Part shown: piece after piece, positions 1 to 19,290 of the stretch
Numbering within the stretch: the first letter of the stretch is position 1
Layout of the letters: every line of letters starts with the position of its first letter
Source: the human T2T-CHM13v2.0 reference genome, Homo sapiens
Length of the DNA: 64,000 nt
Strand: one strand, 5' to 3'
NCBI RefSeq assembly: GCF_009914755.1
Contig: NC_060939.1
Position numbers and translations under genes: made by a program
Notes under the pieces: model-generated
Told to the model about the DNA's origin: nothing
Databases searched by the model: none
What the model saw: only the letters and a program-made list of their open reading frames with translations

Positions 1-135
<135 letters not shown>

Positions 136-1149
136 TTAGTAAGAAGTCCAATTAAGTCCTGAAGCAACAGAAACAATTTAACTGCTTTCAACATAAGTAA
201 ACTGCTCTTTGCCAAATTAGAGATTAGAGCCTCCAAAGATTTATTCAGTTGGAAAAAAATTGGAAGAGCAGAACTGTATTTTCTAAAGGTAGAGAAACAG
301 CTCTTATAAAATGCTAATGACCTACATAACTTCACTTCCTGTAAAAGATGCAGCAAATGCTCACAGCTAGAAGGGGTTCAGGTTCTAATTAAAAACCAGA
401 CTGAACACAGAAAGAATAAAATTCAGAGGAACAGATCTAACCTAACAAGCTTTGATGCTTGGAAAAGGAACCAAAGAAGTACTTTTGTGTTGATAGGTAT
501 GTGTATGTGTTTGTGTTGTGTGTATGTGTGATATGATACCATGTACCTGGAGTGATAATTTCCAGTTTTCTGAACTTCCATTTATAACAAGTATTTTCAG
601 TAGCAATGGGATAGATAAACAAGGATCACAACTAGAAAAACTACCCTGGATACTCAATATTAATGAAATAATAATATCTGATTTGGGTACATTACATCTC
701 TCCAATAACCTAATGAGGCAGGATAGAAGGCCATTGCCTCAATTTTACATGCAAGAAAAATGAACGGGTGGTGGCATGGAGTGACCTGAGACTTTTCAGA
801 AAGTCACAAAGCAAGTTAGATGTAATTTTAAATGAAGTCTCATAATTCTGGTCCTCTTGTAGGACCAGACAGAATTGGCATTTTTGGTCCTCTTGTAGGG
901 CCACAGAGAACTGGCATTTTTGTTGGTTAAAAATGGTTACTCAGAGGCATAGTTCACCTTAATATATATTACTTTAATATCTCAAACCACTTCATTTTGT
1001 TAATACAAATAAAACAAACGAGAAAGAAACAAGATAATGGGATAAACTATTTTACAAATAAAAAAGTAAGGAAAGATGGAAGCCTACACTGTTTCCTACT
1101 CTTATTTTCACAATCATTTACAAAGTTCTCTTAACTATTTAGATACTTA

Positions 1150-1242
<93 letters not shown>

Positions 1243-2029
1243 TTATAAATTAAAAGGAAAAAGAAAGAAAAATCATGAATGAGTTTAGTCTGACATACAG
1301 TTTTCTAGCATTTATTTATTTATTTTTGACAGTCTCACTCTGTCACCCATGCTGGAGCACAGTGGCATGATCATCTGTAGCTTCCATCTCCCAGGCTCAA
1401 GCGATCCTCCCAATCTCCGCCTCCCAAGTGACTACAGGCATGTGCCACCATGCCTGCCTAGTTTTTAAACAATTTTTTTGTAAAGATGGGGTCTTCCTCT
1501 GCTGGCCAGGCTGGTCTTGAACTCCTTAAGAGATCCTCCCACCTTGGCCTACCAAAGTGCTGGGATTACAGACATGAGCCACTGTGCCCAAGCTTTCTAG
1601 CTTTTTAATACTATACATGATCATTTTAGGAAACTTGGAATATGCTAATAAGCAATGAATGATTAACTGAAGTTTCGCCATCCAGATAACCACTGTTAAC
1701 ATTTGGGTGATATTCTTCTGTTCCCCATATAAATATTACATATATAGAATTTTTTTAAGAGGATGACATAATACTAGCCTGCATCTTGCCTTTGCACCTA
1801 ATAGATCATGAACATCTTTCTATAACAGTAACTTTCCCTCTATTTTGCCATGTTTAATGACTGCATAAATGTTCTCTTGATAAGGCAGCATATGTTAGTG
1901 AATAAGAGTAAATGATCTGAAGCCAAGCTGCCTGGGTTTGAATCCTAGCTCTGCCACTTACTGTTACTGCAACCTTGTGTGAAAGCTAAACCTCTCTGTA
2001 GCTCCATTTCCTTGTCAAATTCAAATGCT

Positions 2030-4450
<2,421 letters not shown>

Positions 4451-4486
4451 GTATGAGGAATTAGAGATTGGATTTTATGAAATGTC

Positions 4487-4970
4487 TTTTTTTTTTTTTT
4501 TAAAGACAGAGTCTCGCTGTATCACCCAGGCTAGAGTACAGTGGTGCAATCTCGGCTCACTGCAACCTCCACCTCCCCGGTTCATGCCTCAGATTCTCCT
4601 GCCTCAACCATCCGAGTAGCTGGGATTACAGGCGCGGGCCACCAAGCCTGGGTAATTTTTGTATTTTTAGTAGAGACGGGGTTTCACCATGTTGGCCGGG
4701 CTGGTCTTGAACTCCTGGCCTCAAGAGATCTGCCTGCCTCGGCCTCCCAAAGTGCTGCGATTACAAGCGTGAGCCACTGCACCCAGCTTGAAATGTCTTT
4801 TAAAAAGTTACAATGACAAGCCAGGTGTTGGTGGCGGGCAACCAACTACTCAGGAGGCTGAGGCACGAGAATTGCTTACACCTGGGAGGCGGTGGTTGCA
4901 GTGAGCTAAAATCTCACCACTGCACTCCAGCCTGGGGGGCAGAGCGAGACTCCATCTCAAAAAAAAAAAA
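4487..4970. mobile_element. AluS (minus, ~4487-4788; TSD tgaaatgtcttttt) followed by an Alu right arm (plus, ~4820-4970)
   Basis: Match to Alu consensus. Confidence 0.88.
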
Positions 4971-6496
4971 AGGCTGTAATGACCATATTAGTTTTCATCT
5001 TTAACCTATTTATTTAAGAAGTTTCCATCAAGGCACTGTTAGAATAAACCCAATCTGAGCATTGTCTCTTTTGGGCTATGAGCTGTCTTCTAAGCATGGT
5101 TTTGGCCATACTCCATGGATTTGATCTGTGTTGTTCTCATTGTTAATTGCTAAATAGTCACTGATTTCTCCATCTCTCTCTAGCTTTTTCCTTGCATTCA
5201 ACAGTTACATGGAACAGTATTTTAAAATTCCTAATTTGTTAGGTTTTTGAGCTCTCTTTTGTTAAGTATTATTTTATTGTATTGTGGATAGTATAAGTAT
5301 CGTACATAATTTCCCTTTTTGAAAACTATTGAGATTCTTACATGGCCTAATTTATTAACCAATCTGTTATTAATAATCCATGGAAAGGCCAGGCACAGTG
5401 GCTCACACCTATAATCCAAACACTTTGGGAAGCCATGGTGGGAGAATCACTTGAGGTCAGGAGTTCAAGATCAGCCTGGGCAACACAGCAAGATGCTGTC
5501 TCAAAAAAAAAAAAAAAAAAAAAAAATCCGTGGGCATTTGATAAAAATATATTCTCCAATAGGAACAAACTTCTGTAGAACATATTACTAAATCAAGCTT
5601 AATTTTAAAAATTCTCTAAGTCCTTATTTATTAGGATGACTTGACCAGCCATAAAACTATCTCCCATTATCACTATGTTTTTGTTTAATTCTACTTATGT
5701 ACCAAAACAACACAGCGTGAAAACAAATAGAAACTGAATTTACTATCTGTCTTTTCTCCTAACCTCCCCATATTTGTAGGCAATATAGATAAAATGCTTA
5801 CACATTCTCTGCAATCCTTCCTTTACAATCTCTTGGCTGTTTCTTTTCCCCAAACAATTAGTCATTCAATAAGCATTCAGAGCAAACTTGTCAATGCTTA
5901 CTATTAATACCACCACCTCTCACCATGTCATGGTAGGACCAGTGCAACTGATTCCTGATTAATCTTCTTGAGTTATCTCCTCACTCTTGCAATCTATCTG
6001 CGGCACCACTCCCACACTAAAAAGCTACCAGAATAAATGCTAGTCACTTGCTCAAAAATTTTTAATCATTCCATGATTTCTTTTTTAAAGTTCTCTATTT
6101 CAATAGTTTTTCCTTAGCTTATGTTCAGTATTTTCTTCCCTTAAAAATATAGGCTTCTAAGTAAATTAGTGAATATGTTTAAAAGATACTAATCACTCTT
6201 ATGCTTCTTTAGACGGTCACAGAGGTCCTACTGCTAATAAAGTGATATTTCTACTTAATGCCATGTTTGAGACCTCCAATTAAACATTTAGAGGCCAAAA
6301 TAACAATAAAAAAACTGATTTAAGGCTGAATTTTTGAGACCTAAAAATCATGATGTAAAACCAACATGTCATTCTACATTTTTTTAAATAAAAAGAAACT
6401 AAATTCACATATGTCAAAGTCATTTTAAATTACTATAAAAATTAAGAAGAATCTCTTGTACTGAATTGCTTCTCGGTGCTTAAAACAAGTAGCAAA

Positions 6497-6827
<331 letters not shown>

Positions 6828-8089
6828 TTAAGTACATGCCAAAAATCACTTCTTAGCAAATATAAGTTCTTTTGTTAGAAGAGTTTTCCACCCAACAGAT
6901 TGTTATCTCATTAGCACTTGTGGTAAAGGTTTTGTTATAAAATGAAGGAGGAGGGGAAACTGACAGGACGTTGCCAGACTCATTCATTGCTGACTGTTGT
7001 CTTCCATCATTCTGTGTTTCTACATGACCAAGTCCAAATTCTTACAAACCTCCACAACTGCCCCATATTCTCCACTGTTCCCCACTGTGTACTCTCAACT
7101 AAGGTAGGCCAGGCTTTTTCAATGTCTCTGAAAATGCCACGCTCACAGTTCCCTAAAAACATTTCTGTTTTCCACCTGGGTTCTCCTTTATCCCTACCAC
7201 ACATCCAAATTTTATACAAGGTCAAATCGAATCTCATTTTTTCCATGACATCTTCCCTTACTACTTCAGCCCCTACTGATCAATTCCTTCTTAAAAATCC
7301 TATGAGTCCTATTGTTTTATACTATAAAATCTGGCTGTTAATGCTATTTCCTCTTGTATCATTCTTAACTGCGTAACATGCACACATATGAGGTCAACGA
7401 GGCAGGGAACATAAAACTTTGTATGATAACTTAGGCTGGGCACACTGGCTCATGCCTGTAATCCTGGTACTCTGGGAGGCTGAGGTAGGAGGATTGCTTG
7501 AGTCCAGGAGTTTGAGACCAGTCTGGGCAACACAGCGAGACCTTGTCTCTACAAAAAATTTAAAAATTAGCTGGGTGTGGTGGTGTAAGCCTGTGGTTCC
7601 AGCTACTTGGGAGGCTGAGGTGGGAGGATCACTTGTGCCCAGGAAGTTGAAGCTGCAGTGAGCTGTACTCCAGCCTGGGTGATGAGCGAGACCTGTCTAA
7701 ACAAACAAACAAAAAAACAACAAACCCCCCCAACAAAACAAACAAAAAACCTTTGTAACTTAGACTATGGTGATGAGAAATAAAACCATCACCGCTATTT
7801 CTTCCTCTGTAGCTTTTGTATACATCCTTCATTTTCCTTAAAAGTACGTAACTGAAAGGACATAATTAAATCACAACAGAGGGTAAAATAATCAGGGAAA
7901 ATGTGGATAAATACAGAAAGATATGAATTGTAGAAATAAGACATAAATATTTTGAGTAGAATACCTAGAAATATTCTTGAATATTTTCTAGGTATGGTTT
8001 TCATCAATTTTAGATCCAAAGAGGGGATGAGAAGATAATTTTTTAAATACTGGACTTTGCCTTCACCCTACTGATTTCACTGCCTAAAC

Positions 8090-8615
8090 CAGGGGTCCTC
8101 AACCCCAGGGCCATGGACGAGTACCAGTCTATGGCCTGTTGGGAACCTTGGGAATGGGCTGCACAGCAGGAGGTGAGCAGCAGGTGAGCAAAGCTGCATC
8201 GGAATTTACAGCCGCTTCCCATCACTTGCATTGTCGCGTGAGCTCCGCCTCCTGCCAGATCAGCAGCCACATTAGATTCTCATAGGAGCGCAAACTCTAC
8301 TATGAACTGCCCATGTGAGGAATCTAGGTTGCCCACTCCTTATGAAAATCTAATGACTGACAATCTGTCACTGTCTCCCATGACCCCCAGATGGGACCAT
8401 CTAGTCGCAGGAAAACAAGCTTAGGGCTCCCACTGATTCTACATTATGGTGAGTTATATAATTATTTCGTTATATATTACAATGTAATAATAATAGAAAT
8501 AAAATGCACAATAAATGTAATGCACTTGAATCATCCCAAAACCATCCCCCTCATCCGAGGAAAAACTGTCTTCCATAAAACCGGTCCTTGGTGCCAAAAA
8601 GGTTGGGGACCATTG
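8090..8615 (+). mobile_element. MER1A (hAT-Charlie DNA transposon), full length
   Basis: Ends caggggtcctcaacc...ggttggggaccattg; 526 bp; perfect 8-bp TSD gcctaaac at 8082-8089 and 8616-8623. Confidence 0.9.
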
Positions 8616-9263
8616 GCCTAAACAAAAGACAACTTTTCCTCACTGTATTTTAAAAATTCCCACTTTATCCTTTTAAGCACATCTCCATTAATAGCCATAC
8701 TTGTCTCACAACTGTAAAGAATATGTAAATAAGATGATAGTTTTAAAATGTTTTTGTTATTACAAACATTACTAACCACACATTAATAGTATTAGTAATA
8801 GTAATGGCTAACATGTAGCACTTACTATGTACCATGGACTATTCTACTTTACATATAATAACTCTGCTAATCCTTCAACCAATAAAATAGGTACTATTAT
8901 AATATTATTATCCCCGATTTGCAAATAAGAAGTTGAGGCACACAGAGCTTAAGTAACTTGCCCAAGATCACATAATCAGTAAGTGGATCTTAGTGATTTA
9001 GATGAATCTTGGATCTAAGATTTAAATCTAAGCAGTTTGACTGCTTGGAATAATCAGATAGATGGACTTGATAGTATAATCACTGTCTGTATTGTCTCCT
9101 AGTATGAAAAACGATTAAATTTAATAAAGCAATTTAAGCCACTTATTTTTAGCTTCAAAAACTTCTATTTCCTGATATTCAAGAAATCTGTACTTGCAAA
9201 CCATATTTTAGCCCAATAATTATTTAAAAAAATAAAGATTCTGACACCATCTTCACATAGCTA

Positions 9264-9398
<135 letters not shown>

Positions 9399-9639
9399 TT
9401 AAAAATTATTACAACCATGGGTACAAAGTCAAATGGAAAAGCTGAATTTGTATTATTTCCTTGGATAAATGGTCATATAAAAAAGTTGAGTTCCTCCAGA
9501 TTAATTTCCTAGGTCACAGAAACATGTGTCTAAAAATGTAGCTTTTTGGAAGGGGAAGGAAATTTTAAACTTACAAGAAATAAGTCACCACCCACATGCC
9601 AATCACCCACAGGTAGTAAATGTCAGTAAATAGAATCAC

Positions 9640-10660
9640 CATTCTAGTTGCTCCAGTCAAAAACTAGGTGTTGTCATTGATTTCTCTGATTCCCTCACAC
9701 CCCACATTCTAATCTATTAATTAACCTTGCAGGTTTTATCTTTCAAATATATCCCAAGTTCATCACTTCTTCCTACCTCTCATTACTACCCCCTAATCCA
9801 AGTCACATCAGCCCTCACTTGGATTACTTAAATAGACTCCTAAGTGTTCTTCCTGCTTCTACTCTTGTGTTTCATTTAAGTATGAATTCATCATACAGCA
9901 GCTAGAAGAATTTTCTAAAAATGTAAATAGGATCATATAACTTCTAATCTTTGCTCATAATCCCTTTTATGATCTGGTCTTTGCTTGCTCCATTCCATGT
10001 TGCCTTCTTGTTGTGACTCAAACATGATCATGGGGTTCCAAACTTGGAGCCTTTGCTTTTTTTTTTTTTTTTTTTGAGATGGAGTCTCACTCTGTCGCCA
10101 GGCTGGAATGCAGTAGCACAATCTTGGCTCACTGCAACCAACCTCTGCCTCCTGGGTTCAAGCGATTCTCCTGCCTCAGCCTCCCGAGTTGCTGGGATTA
10201 CAAGTGCCTGCCACCACGCCCAGCTAATTTTTGTATTTTTAGCAGAGACAAGGTTTCACCATGTTGGCCAGGCTGGTCTCGATCTCTTGACCTCGTGATC
10301 CGCCCGCCTCAGCCTCCCAAAGTGCTGGGATTACAGGCGTGGGCCACCACACCCAACCGAGCCTTTGCTCTTGATATAGCCTGTGCTTAGAATTTTTTTC
10401 TCCCAGAGAAAAGCAGTGATTATTCCTCACTTTATTCAGGTCTCTGTTCAAATGTCACCATCTCAGAGAAGAGCTCCCTGACAACTCTGTCTATAAATAG
10501 CCTCATGCCCCAGTCTGTCTTCAGCCCTTTAACCTACTGCTTTAGCTTTCTCATAGTATTCCTCACTACTCAACATTTTGTTTTATTTTTTTATTGCCAG
10601 TCTCTCCTTCCTAAAATGGACGTAAGGACAGGGACTTGAGACAGACTGTTATTAAGAACA
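9640..10660 (+). mobile_element. L2 fragment interrupted by an AluS (~10057-10358, minus; TSD gagcctttgct)
   Basis: L2 motifs including ctaatccaagtcacatca and ttcaaatgtcaccatctcagagaag. Confidence 0.7.
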
Positions 10661-11935
10661 AAGAAGGGCTGGGTGCAGTGGCTCAGGCCTGTAGTCCAGT
10701 ACTTTGAGAGGCTGAGGTGAGTGGGTCGCTTGAGCCCAGGAGTTAGAGAACAGCCTGGGAAACATAGTGAAACCCTGTCTCTACAAAAAATACAAAAATT
10801 AGTGGGGTGTGGTGACACATGCCTGTGGTCCCAGCTACTTGGGAGGCTGAGGTGGAAGGATCATCTGAGCCCAAGAAGGTTGAGGCTGAAATGAGCTAAG
10901 ATCACACCACTGCACTCCAGCACACAGTGAGACCCTATCTAAAAAAAAAAACCAAGAAGGACTAGAAACAGTGTTATTAAAAATAAAATAGGAATCTTTT
11001 TATTGAAAGAATAGTCTTGAGCAAAGGTAAAATATATAATGAACTGTGCCAAAATTTACCTATCTGGGCACAAATTTGACCTAAGAAGTTTTTTTTGTTT
11101 TCAAAAAATGGAAATGTACTATGACTGGTTATAACCAATTTTCTTTACAGATACCAGTTTATTAGTTTTAAATTTTTTCGTAAGTTTGTATTATACATTT
11201 TTAATCAAAATCTTAGTTTTGACAGTTTTTATATGCTTTTATCTTTACTATCTTAGATTATATTCATGCTGATTTCCTAAAATCCAAAAAAGGCAAATAT
11301 AATCAACTATATGGGTAAGTCGAAGTATCTAATAAAACTGCTATGTATAATCATGTATTTCAGATCCTGAGTAACAGAATTGTTACTATAGATTAAAAGT
11401 GTGCCAGAGTTCTAAGAGACCTTTAACTAGTTCTAAGAGTTTTAAGGATCAGTTTTCTGAATTTAGAAAGAACTGCTCTGAAGCATCTGATCCTTAAAGT
11501 CATCAAGGAAAGAAGTAGCTAAATATTCTGTTAGAGAACAATTTACATAGTTTAATAATCCTATTTTGGGGGAGCCACTGTGTAAAAAAGGCTTGTACAA
11601 GAAATTGGAAAGTCACTTTATTATGATTTCCTTTATCTTTGTCTTCTGCTGTATAGTTAGGTAAGGCTTTGGAGTCAGGTCTGGGTTTGAATATTAGGTC
11701 TGTCTTGGGACAAGTAAAAACTATCCCTAGTCTCCAATTCCTTATCTTTAAATGGAAATAACAGTACCTACTTCAATGGACTACTGTGATAATTAAATAA
11801 GATAATGCAGCATTTGCTTGGTAAAATGCCTAAAATATATTAATTACTCAAATCAAAGATAATTCTTTCTCATGTTACCACATACGTTGAAGAAGACAAT
11901 TTCAATTTAGGTTTATCAATGACATGGAATATTAG

Positions 11936-12566
<631 letters not shown>

Positions 12567-13538
12567 AGAGCAAGTCTTTATATTGACCCTTCTCGCCCAA
12601 CCTATCACCTTTGAACTTTTATGGGGACATAAAGGTATTTTTATCAACAAAACCATTTTCTTTAGGAGAATTTAGGTTTACCATTACAAATCCATTGCAT
12701 TTTAAAGCAACTGAAATAATATAAATATTATACTACTGTTATCATCATGTACAACAGTGAGAATATAGAAATATATAATTAAATTTCCAAGATGTTATAC
12801 AAAAAATAATAATTTGCTGTTAATTCCATTTACAGATCAGAATATAAAAATTTAAAAACTCAAAATGCTTAAAACACTACCCAAAGAGAGATATATAAAA
12901 ACAAATCTAGTGTTTCTATTTAATTTTTTTAGTTAACATTTGTCCATATCTCTAGAGCTATAGCATTTGGATCTTCAGAAAAATGAAATTAAAAATAATA
13001 CAAAGATCATTAGAGCTATCAGACTCCAACTGGCAACTCTAATGATGGCAAAGGGCCATATGAAAGGAATGAATTTTTTTTGCATCTTTTCTCCTTTTGT
13101 GAGTGCTAAGGCAGAAGTCAGAGTTCTATTACTTCAATGTCTGCTGGAAAATATAACCACAATGTAAAGATTTGAGTAAATAAACATTCTAGTTCTCTTA
13201 GAGTCCAAAAATTAGGCTTTTGATCACATTTTAAAAGTATAATACAAGATATAAAATGAAAAAGTATTAATTCCTTTAAAGAATAAAAAACAGTAATGTA
13301 ACAAAAACAGGCACAAATTAAAGAACTAAAGACAACTTTCTATTTGTTTTTGAGACAGGATCTCGCTTTGTCACCCAGGCTGGAGTGCAGTGGGGCAATC
13401 TCGACTCACTGGAGCTTCAATCTCCTGGGCTCCAGTGATTCTCCCACCTCAGCCCCCTCAAGTAACTGGGTCTACAGGCGTGTGCCACCACACCTGGCTA
13501 ATTTTTTTTTTTGTATTTTTTGTAGAGATGGGGTTTTA

Positions 13539-13832
<294 letters not shown>

Positions 13833-14394
13833 TTACAAAGACACAGGCCCATTCAGAACTACACATGCATCTCTACATGTGTATCTCTACTTGCTCTAAT
13901 CCAAGTTTTAAAAATCTGGAATTTTTGCCCCAATAAACATCTTTAGAACATACATGCAAAAACACACAAGTTGTAATTATAGAAGAAACAGGTTGCCCAT
14001 TATTTTGGGAACAAATTGGAAAATACATCAGAGCAGATATAAATTTAAAATAAGTTTATTGAATCATAACTCATCTCTTGCCTCAACAGCATGGTGATAC
14101 AGCATGGACACTACTTTCCTCAGTTTCTAATGATGAACTGAAGTAGTGAGGGCTATCATGGAAAAATTATATATTGTAATCTAAAGCCAAATGGGTAAAC
14201 TCTACACAAAAGATTTCTCAGGAATTACATTTTTGAAATTTTATATTTTCCAGAGATAGAACGAGAACTTCTTGTCCTATTCATCCTATTCTATTTCAAA
14301 GGTACTTTTCACAGCTGTATGTTTTGACAGAAATTAGATTTTTATAAAGATTACTTTTTTATTATTTATTTGTTGTGTTTATTAATTTTTTTGA

Positions 14395-14694
<300 letters not shown>

Positions 14695-14955
14695 TGAATA
14701 CTGATGAAGAGCAACTGATTAGTTTATGGAGAGCAAGCACAAAGGAACAGTGAAAATCTAAAGTTGGTAACTTTACACACCACTTTCCAACTTTGATAAT
14801 AATAATTCATGCAAACAGAATTAGTAATTAAAACTGTTTCAATTATTCAAATAAGAAGAAAGGAAAGAAGACATGAGAAAACATGCCTTTTTGTGGCCTT
14901 GAGTGAACTTCAATGTTCCTAGTCTCTTTCAAGAACATGTCAGAAGGACAACTTA

Positions 14956-15090
<135 letters not shown>

Positions 15091-15445
15091 TTATCAGGTC
15101 CAAAGTCTAATCACAAACTGTCTTAGGAATGTCCAAGCAAAGTGTCACAATATCATGATAGGAGGATATATAGTAACAAAAAGAGAAAAGTAATAGTAAC
15201 AAAAGAGAAAAGCATAAAGGTAGCCTGTCAGATATGATTCTAAAATTAGTATGGATTAATAACTCTATCTTTGATTTACTTTTTAACCTTGAATATTGGG
15301 TTTAATCTGCATTATCTTGGTTATTTAAGTGATCTTCTATGTTTCCAAGATAATTTACTTTTTTAATTTTAATAGTAATTTGATAAATAATAATTTTAAG
15401 GGATACTTAGGGGAATTATAACCTCATTAAGAAAAGCACAGATTG

Positions 15446-17288
15446 GATCTCCCTCTTCCTCTCTCTCTCCCTCCTCTCCTCTCCCTCCTCTCCCTCCTCT
15501 CCCTCTCCCTGTCCCCGGTCTCCCTCTGATGCCACCAAAGTTGTGAAAGCCGAGGCTGGACTGTACTGCCGCCATCTCGGCTCACTGCAACCTCCCTGCC
15601 TGATTCTCCTGCCTCAGCCTGCAGAGTGCCTGGGATTGCAGGCACACGCCGCCACGCCTGACTGGTTTTTGCATTTTTTTGGTGGAGACGGGGTTTCGCC
15701 CTGTTGGCCGGGCTGGTCTCCAGCTCCTGACCGCGAGTGATCTGCCTGCCTCAGCCTCCCGAGGTGCCGGGATTGCAGACGGAGTCTCGCTCACTCAGTG
15801 CTCAATGGTGCCCAGGCTGGAGTGCAGTGGTGTGATCTCGGCTCGCTACAACCCCCTCCTCCCAGCCGCCTGCCTTGGCCTCCCAAAGTGCCGAGATTGC
15901 AGCCTCTGCCCAGCCGCCACCCCGTCTGGGAAGTGAGGAGCGGCTCTGCCTGGCCGCCCATCGTCTGGGATGTGAGGAGCCCCTCTGCCCAGCCGCCCAG
16001 TCTGGGAAGTGAGGAGCACCTCTTCCCAGCCGCCATCCCGTCTAGGAAGTGAGGAGTGTCTCTGCCCGGCACCCATCGTCTGAGATGTGGGGAGCACCTC
16101 TGCCCCGCCGCCCCATCTGGGATGTGAGGAGTGCTTCTGCCCAGCCGCGACCCCGTCTGGGAACTGAGGAGCGTCTCTGCCCGACCGCCACCCCATCTGG
16201 GATGTGAGGAGTGTCTCTGCCCAGCCGCCCCGTCTGAGAAGTGAGGAGCCCCTCCGCCCAGCAGCCACCCCATCTGGGAAGTGAAGAGCCCCTCCGCCCA
16301 GCAGCCGCCCCATCTGGGAAGTGAGGAGCATCTCCGCCCGGCAGCCGCCCGGTCCAGGAGGTGGGGGGGCAGCCTCTGCCCGGCCAGCTGCCCCTTCCGG
16401 GAGGGAGGTGGGGGGCAGCCCCCGCCCGGCAGCCGCCCCATCCGGGAGGTGGGGGGCAGCCCCCGCCTGGCCAGCCGCCCCATCCGGGAGGGAGGTGAGG
16501 GGCAGCCCCCGCCTGGCCAGCCGCCCCCTCCGGGAGGGAGGTGGGGGGCAGCCCCCGCCCGGCCAGCCGCCCTGTCTTGGAGGGAGGTGGGGGGCAGCCC
16601 CCGCCCGGCCAGCCACCCCATCTGGGAGGGAGGTGGGGGGGCAGCCCCTGCCCAGCCAGCCGCTCCGTCTGGGAGGTGGGGGGGCGCCTCTGTCCAGCCA
16701 CCCCGTCTGGGAAGTGAGGAGCCCCTCTGCCCGGCCACCACCCCGTCTGGGAGGTGTACCCAACAGCTCATTGAGAACGGGCCATGATGACGATGGCGGT
16801 TTTGTGGAATAGAAAAGGGGGAAACGTGGGGAAATGAGAGAGATCAGATTGTTACTGTGTCTGTGTAGAAAGAAGTAGACATGGGAGACTCCATTTTGTT
16901 CTGTACTAAGAAAAATTCTTCTGCCTTGGGATGCTGTTAATCTATAACCTTACCCCCAACCCCGTGCTCTCTGAAACATGTGCTGTGTCCACTCAGGGTT
17001 AAATGGATTAAGGGCGGTGCAAGATGTGCTTTGTTAAACAGATGCTTGAAGGCAGCATGCTCGTTAAGAGTCATCACCACTCCCTAATCTCAAGTACCCA
17101 GGGACACAAACACTGCGGAAGGCCGCAGGGTCCTCTGCCTAGGAAAACCAGAGACCCTTGTTCACATGTTTATCTGCTGACCTTCCCTCCACTATTGTCC
17201 TATGACCCTGCCAAATCCCCCTCTCGGAGAAACACCCAAGAATGATCAATAAATACTAAAAAAAAAAAAAAGAAAAAAAAAAAAAGAA
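15446..17288 (+). mobile_element. SVA retrotransposon, near full length (older, SVA_B-like)
   Basis: CT-rich hexamer head, Alu-like domain, GC-rich VNTR, SINE-R, AATAAA and poly(A); 17-bp TSD aagaaaagcacagattg at 15429-15445 and 17289-17305. Confidence 0.95.
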
Positions 17289-18173
17289 AAGAAAAGCACA
17301 GATTGAGGATTTCAAATTCTGGTTTCATCACTTGTAACTCATGGCCATGGGTAAGTTACTTGACCTCTCTGTGCCTCAGGTCCTTCATCTATAAAATGGA
17401 ACTAATAGTGATAACTAACTCATAGGGCTGTTGTGAGGATTAAGTAAGTAAATACACATAAAGCACTTAACAAGTGCCTGGCAATGTTAAGTTTTCAATA
17501 AATGCTAGTCTTTATTATCACTATTATTCCAAGGAGCTTGTTTTGTTTGTTTTGAGACAGGGTCTCACCCTGTTGTGGACCACAGGCTCATGCAACCATG
17601 CCTGGCTAATATGTTTGTAAAGACGAGGTTTCGCCATGTTGCCTAGGCTGGTCTCAAACTCCTGAGCTCAAGTGATCCACCCACACCGGCTTCCCAAAGT
17701 GCTGGGATTACAGGCGTGAGCCACCATGTCTGGCCTATTCCAAGGATATTTTAAAATAATAATGATGCTAAAGCAGCTAATTCCTGATGTAATAAGTGCA
17801 ATAAATTATCTAATTAGCATTCCTGCCAAGAAAATGTTTAACATGATTCTAATCAGGAGGCAACTTAACAATCAGATAAATTCAGAATGTGACACATTAT
17901 ACAAAGCAAGTGGCCTGAATTCTTCAAAAAAGCTACTATCATAAAAAAAGGAGGGACTAATCTGGATTAAAATAGAGTAAAGGAAATATAGCCAAAGCAA
18001 CACGTGTTTGTTTGGATCCTAAGTGAAAAAAAAAGTCTAGGAATTGAAGACATTTTGAGAACTGTTGGAGAAAAATTGATTTTATATTAGATAATATTCC
18101 TGGATTATTATTACTTTCTTAAATATGATAATGGTATGGTAGATATATAACCCTTATTTCCAAATGTTTTTCA

Positions 18174-18491
<318 letters not shown>

Positions 18492-19290
18492 TCACTTGTC
18501 TTCATATTTTGGTAGATTTTAAGTAACTATAGGCAAGAAATATAAGAAAGATAATAAAAATAAAAATGATATTTAGCAATATTAAGTTAAAAGCTTCCCC
18601 CTTTCCTTTGTGGCTTTTATCAGTTATTTGCTTATTACAAAATACAAGTGTTGCCAAGTGCAAAAAACAGATGATAAAATGGAATGTATATTATAATTTT
18701 ACTTAATTTACTATACCAATAAGCTGGGCTTTTTTTTTTTTCTGGATATAAAAGTAATACAGGCTTATTGAATAAATTTTGGAAAATCTATAATAGTATA
18801 AAAAAGTGTTATATTCCCACAACCTAGAGATACCTACTAGTAACCTTGTATATTTCCTTCTAGGTCTGCTTTCTATTTATAATATACTTCTTCATATAAA
18901 TAAGATCACATTACACAGATCTGCATCCTGCTCTATTCATTTATAGTATCTTACATCATTAAAACTTCTTCAGAAACATTTTAAATGGTTGCACAGCTCT
19001 TACTGTATGTGCCATAATAGTTTTTATCCATTCCCTGTCATTAGGCATTTAGGTTTCTATTCTATTTTGGTCGCTATTCAAACTAAAAAACTTACACCTT
19101 AATGATTCAGCAATTCTTAGAATCTACTCTTACTGACTGGGCAAAACTCAAGATCTACTGAGGCGTACAATAATATTTAAATAATAGCAAATATTTGTAA
19201 CATGCTGATTGTGAAGCTAGGCACTGTTTCAAATACTTTACATGTTTACTCAATCCTTACAATAATCCTATGAGGTAGGTGGTATTATTC

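Noticed and set aside
6942-7376. 144-aa plus-strand ORF
   Set aside because: No recognisable domain or splice context; much of it resembles degenerate L2 sequence.
15791-16812. Long overlapping ORFs (up to 326 aa) on both strands, and likewise at 25340-26635
   Set aside because: They lie in the stop-poor, GC-rich SVA VNTR and give low-complexity G/P/R repeats in several frames; not genes.
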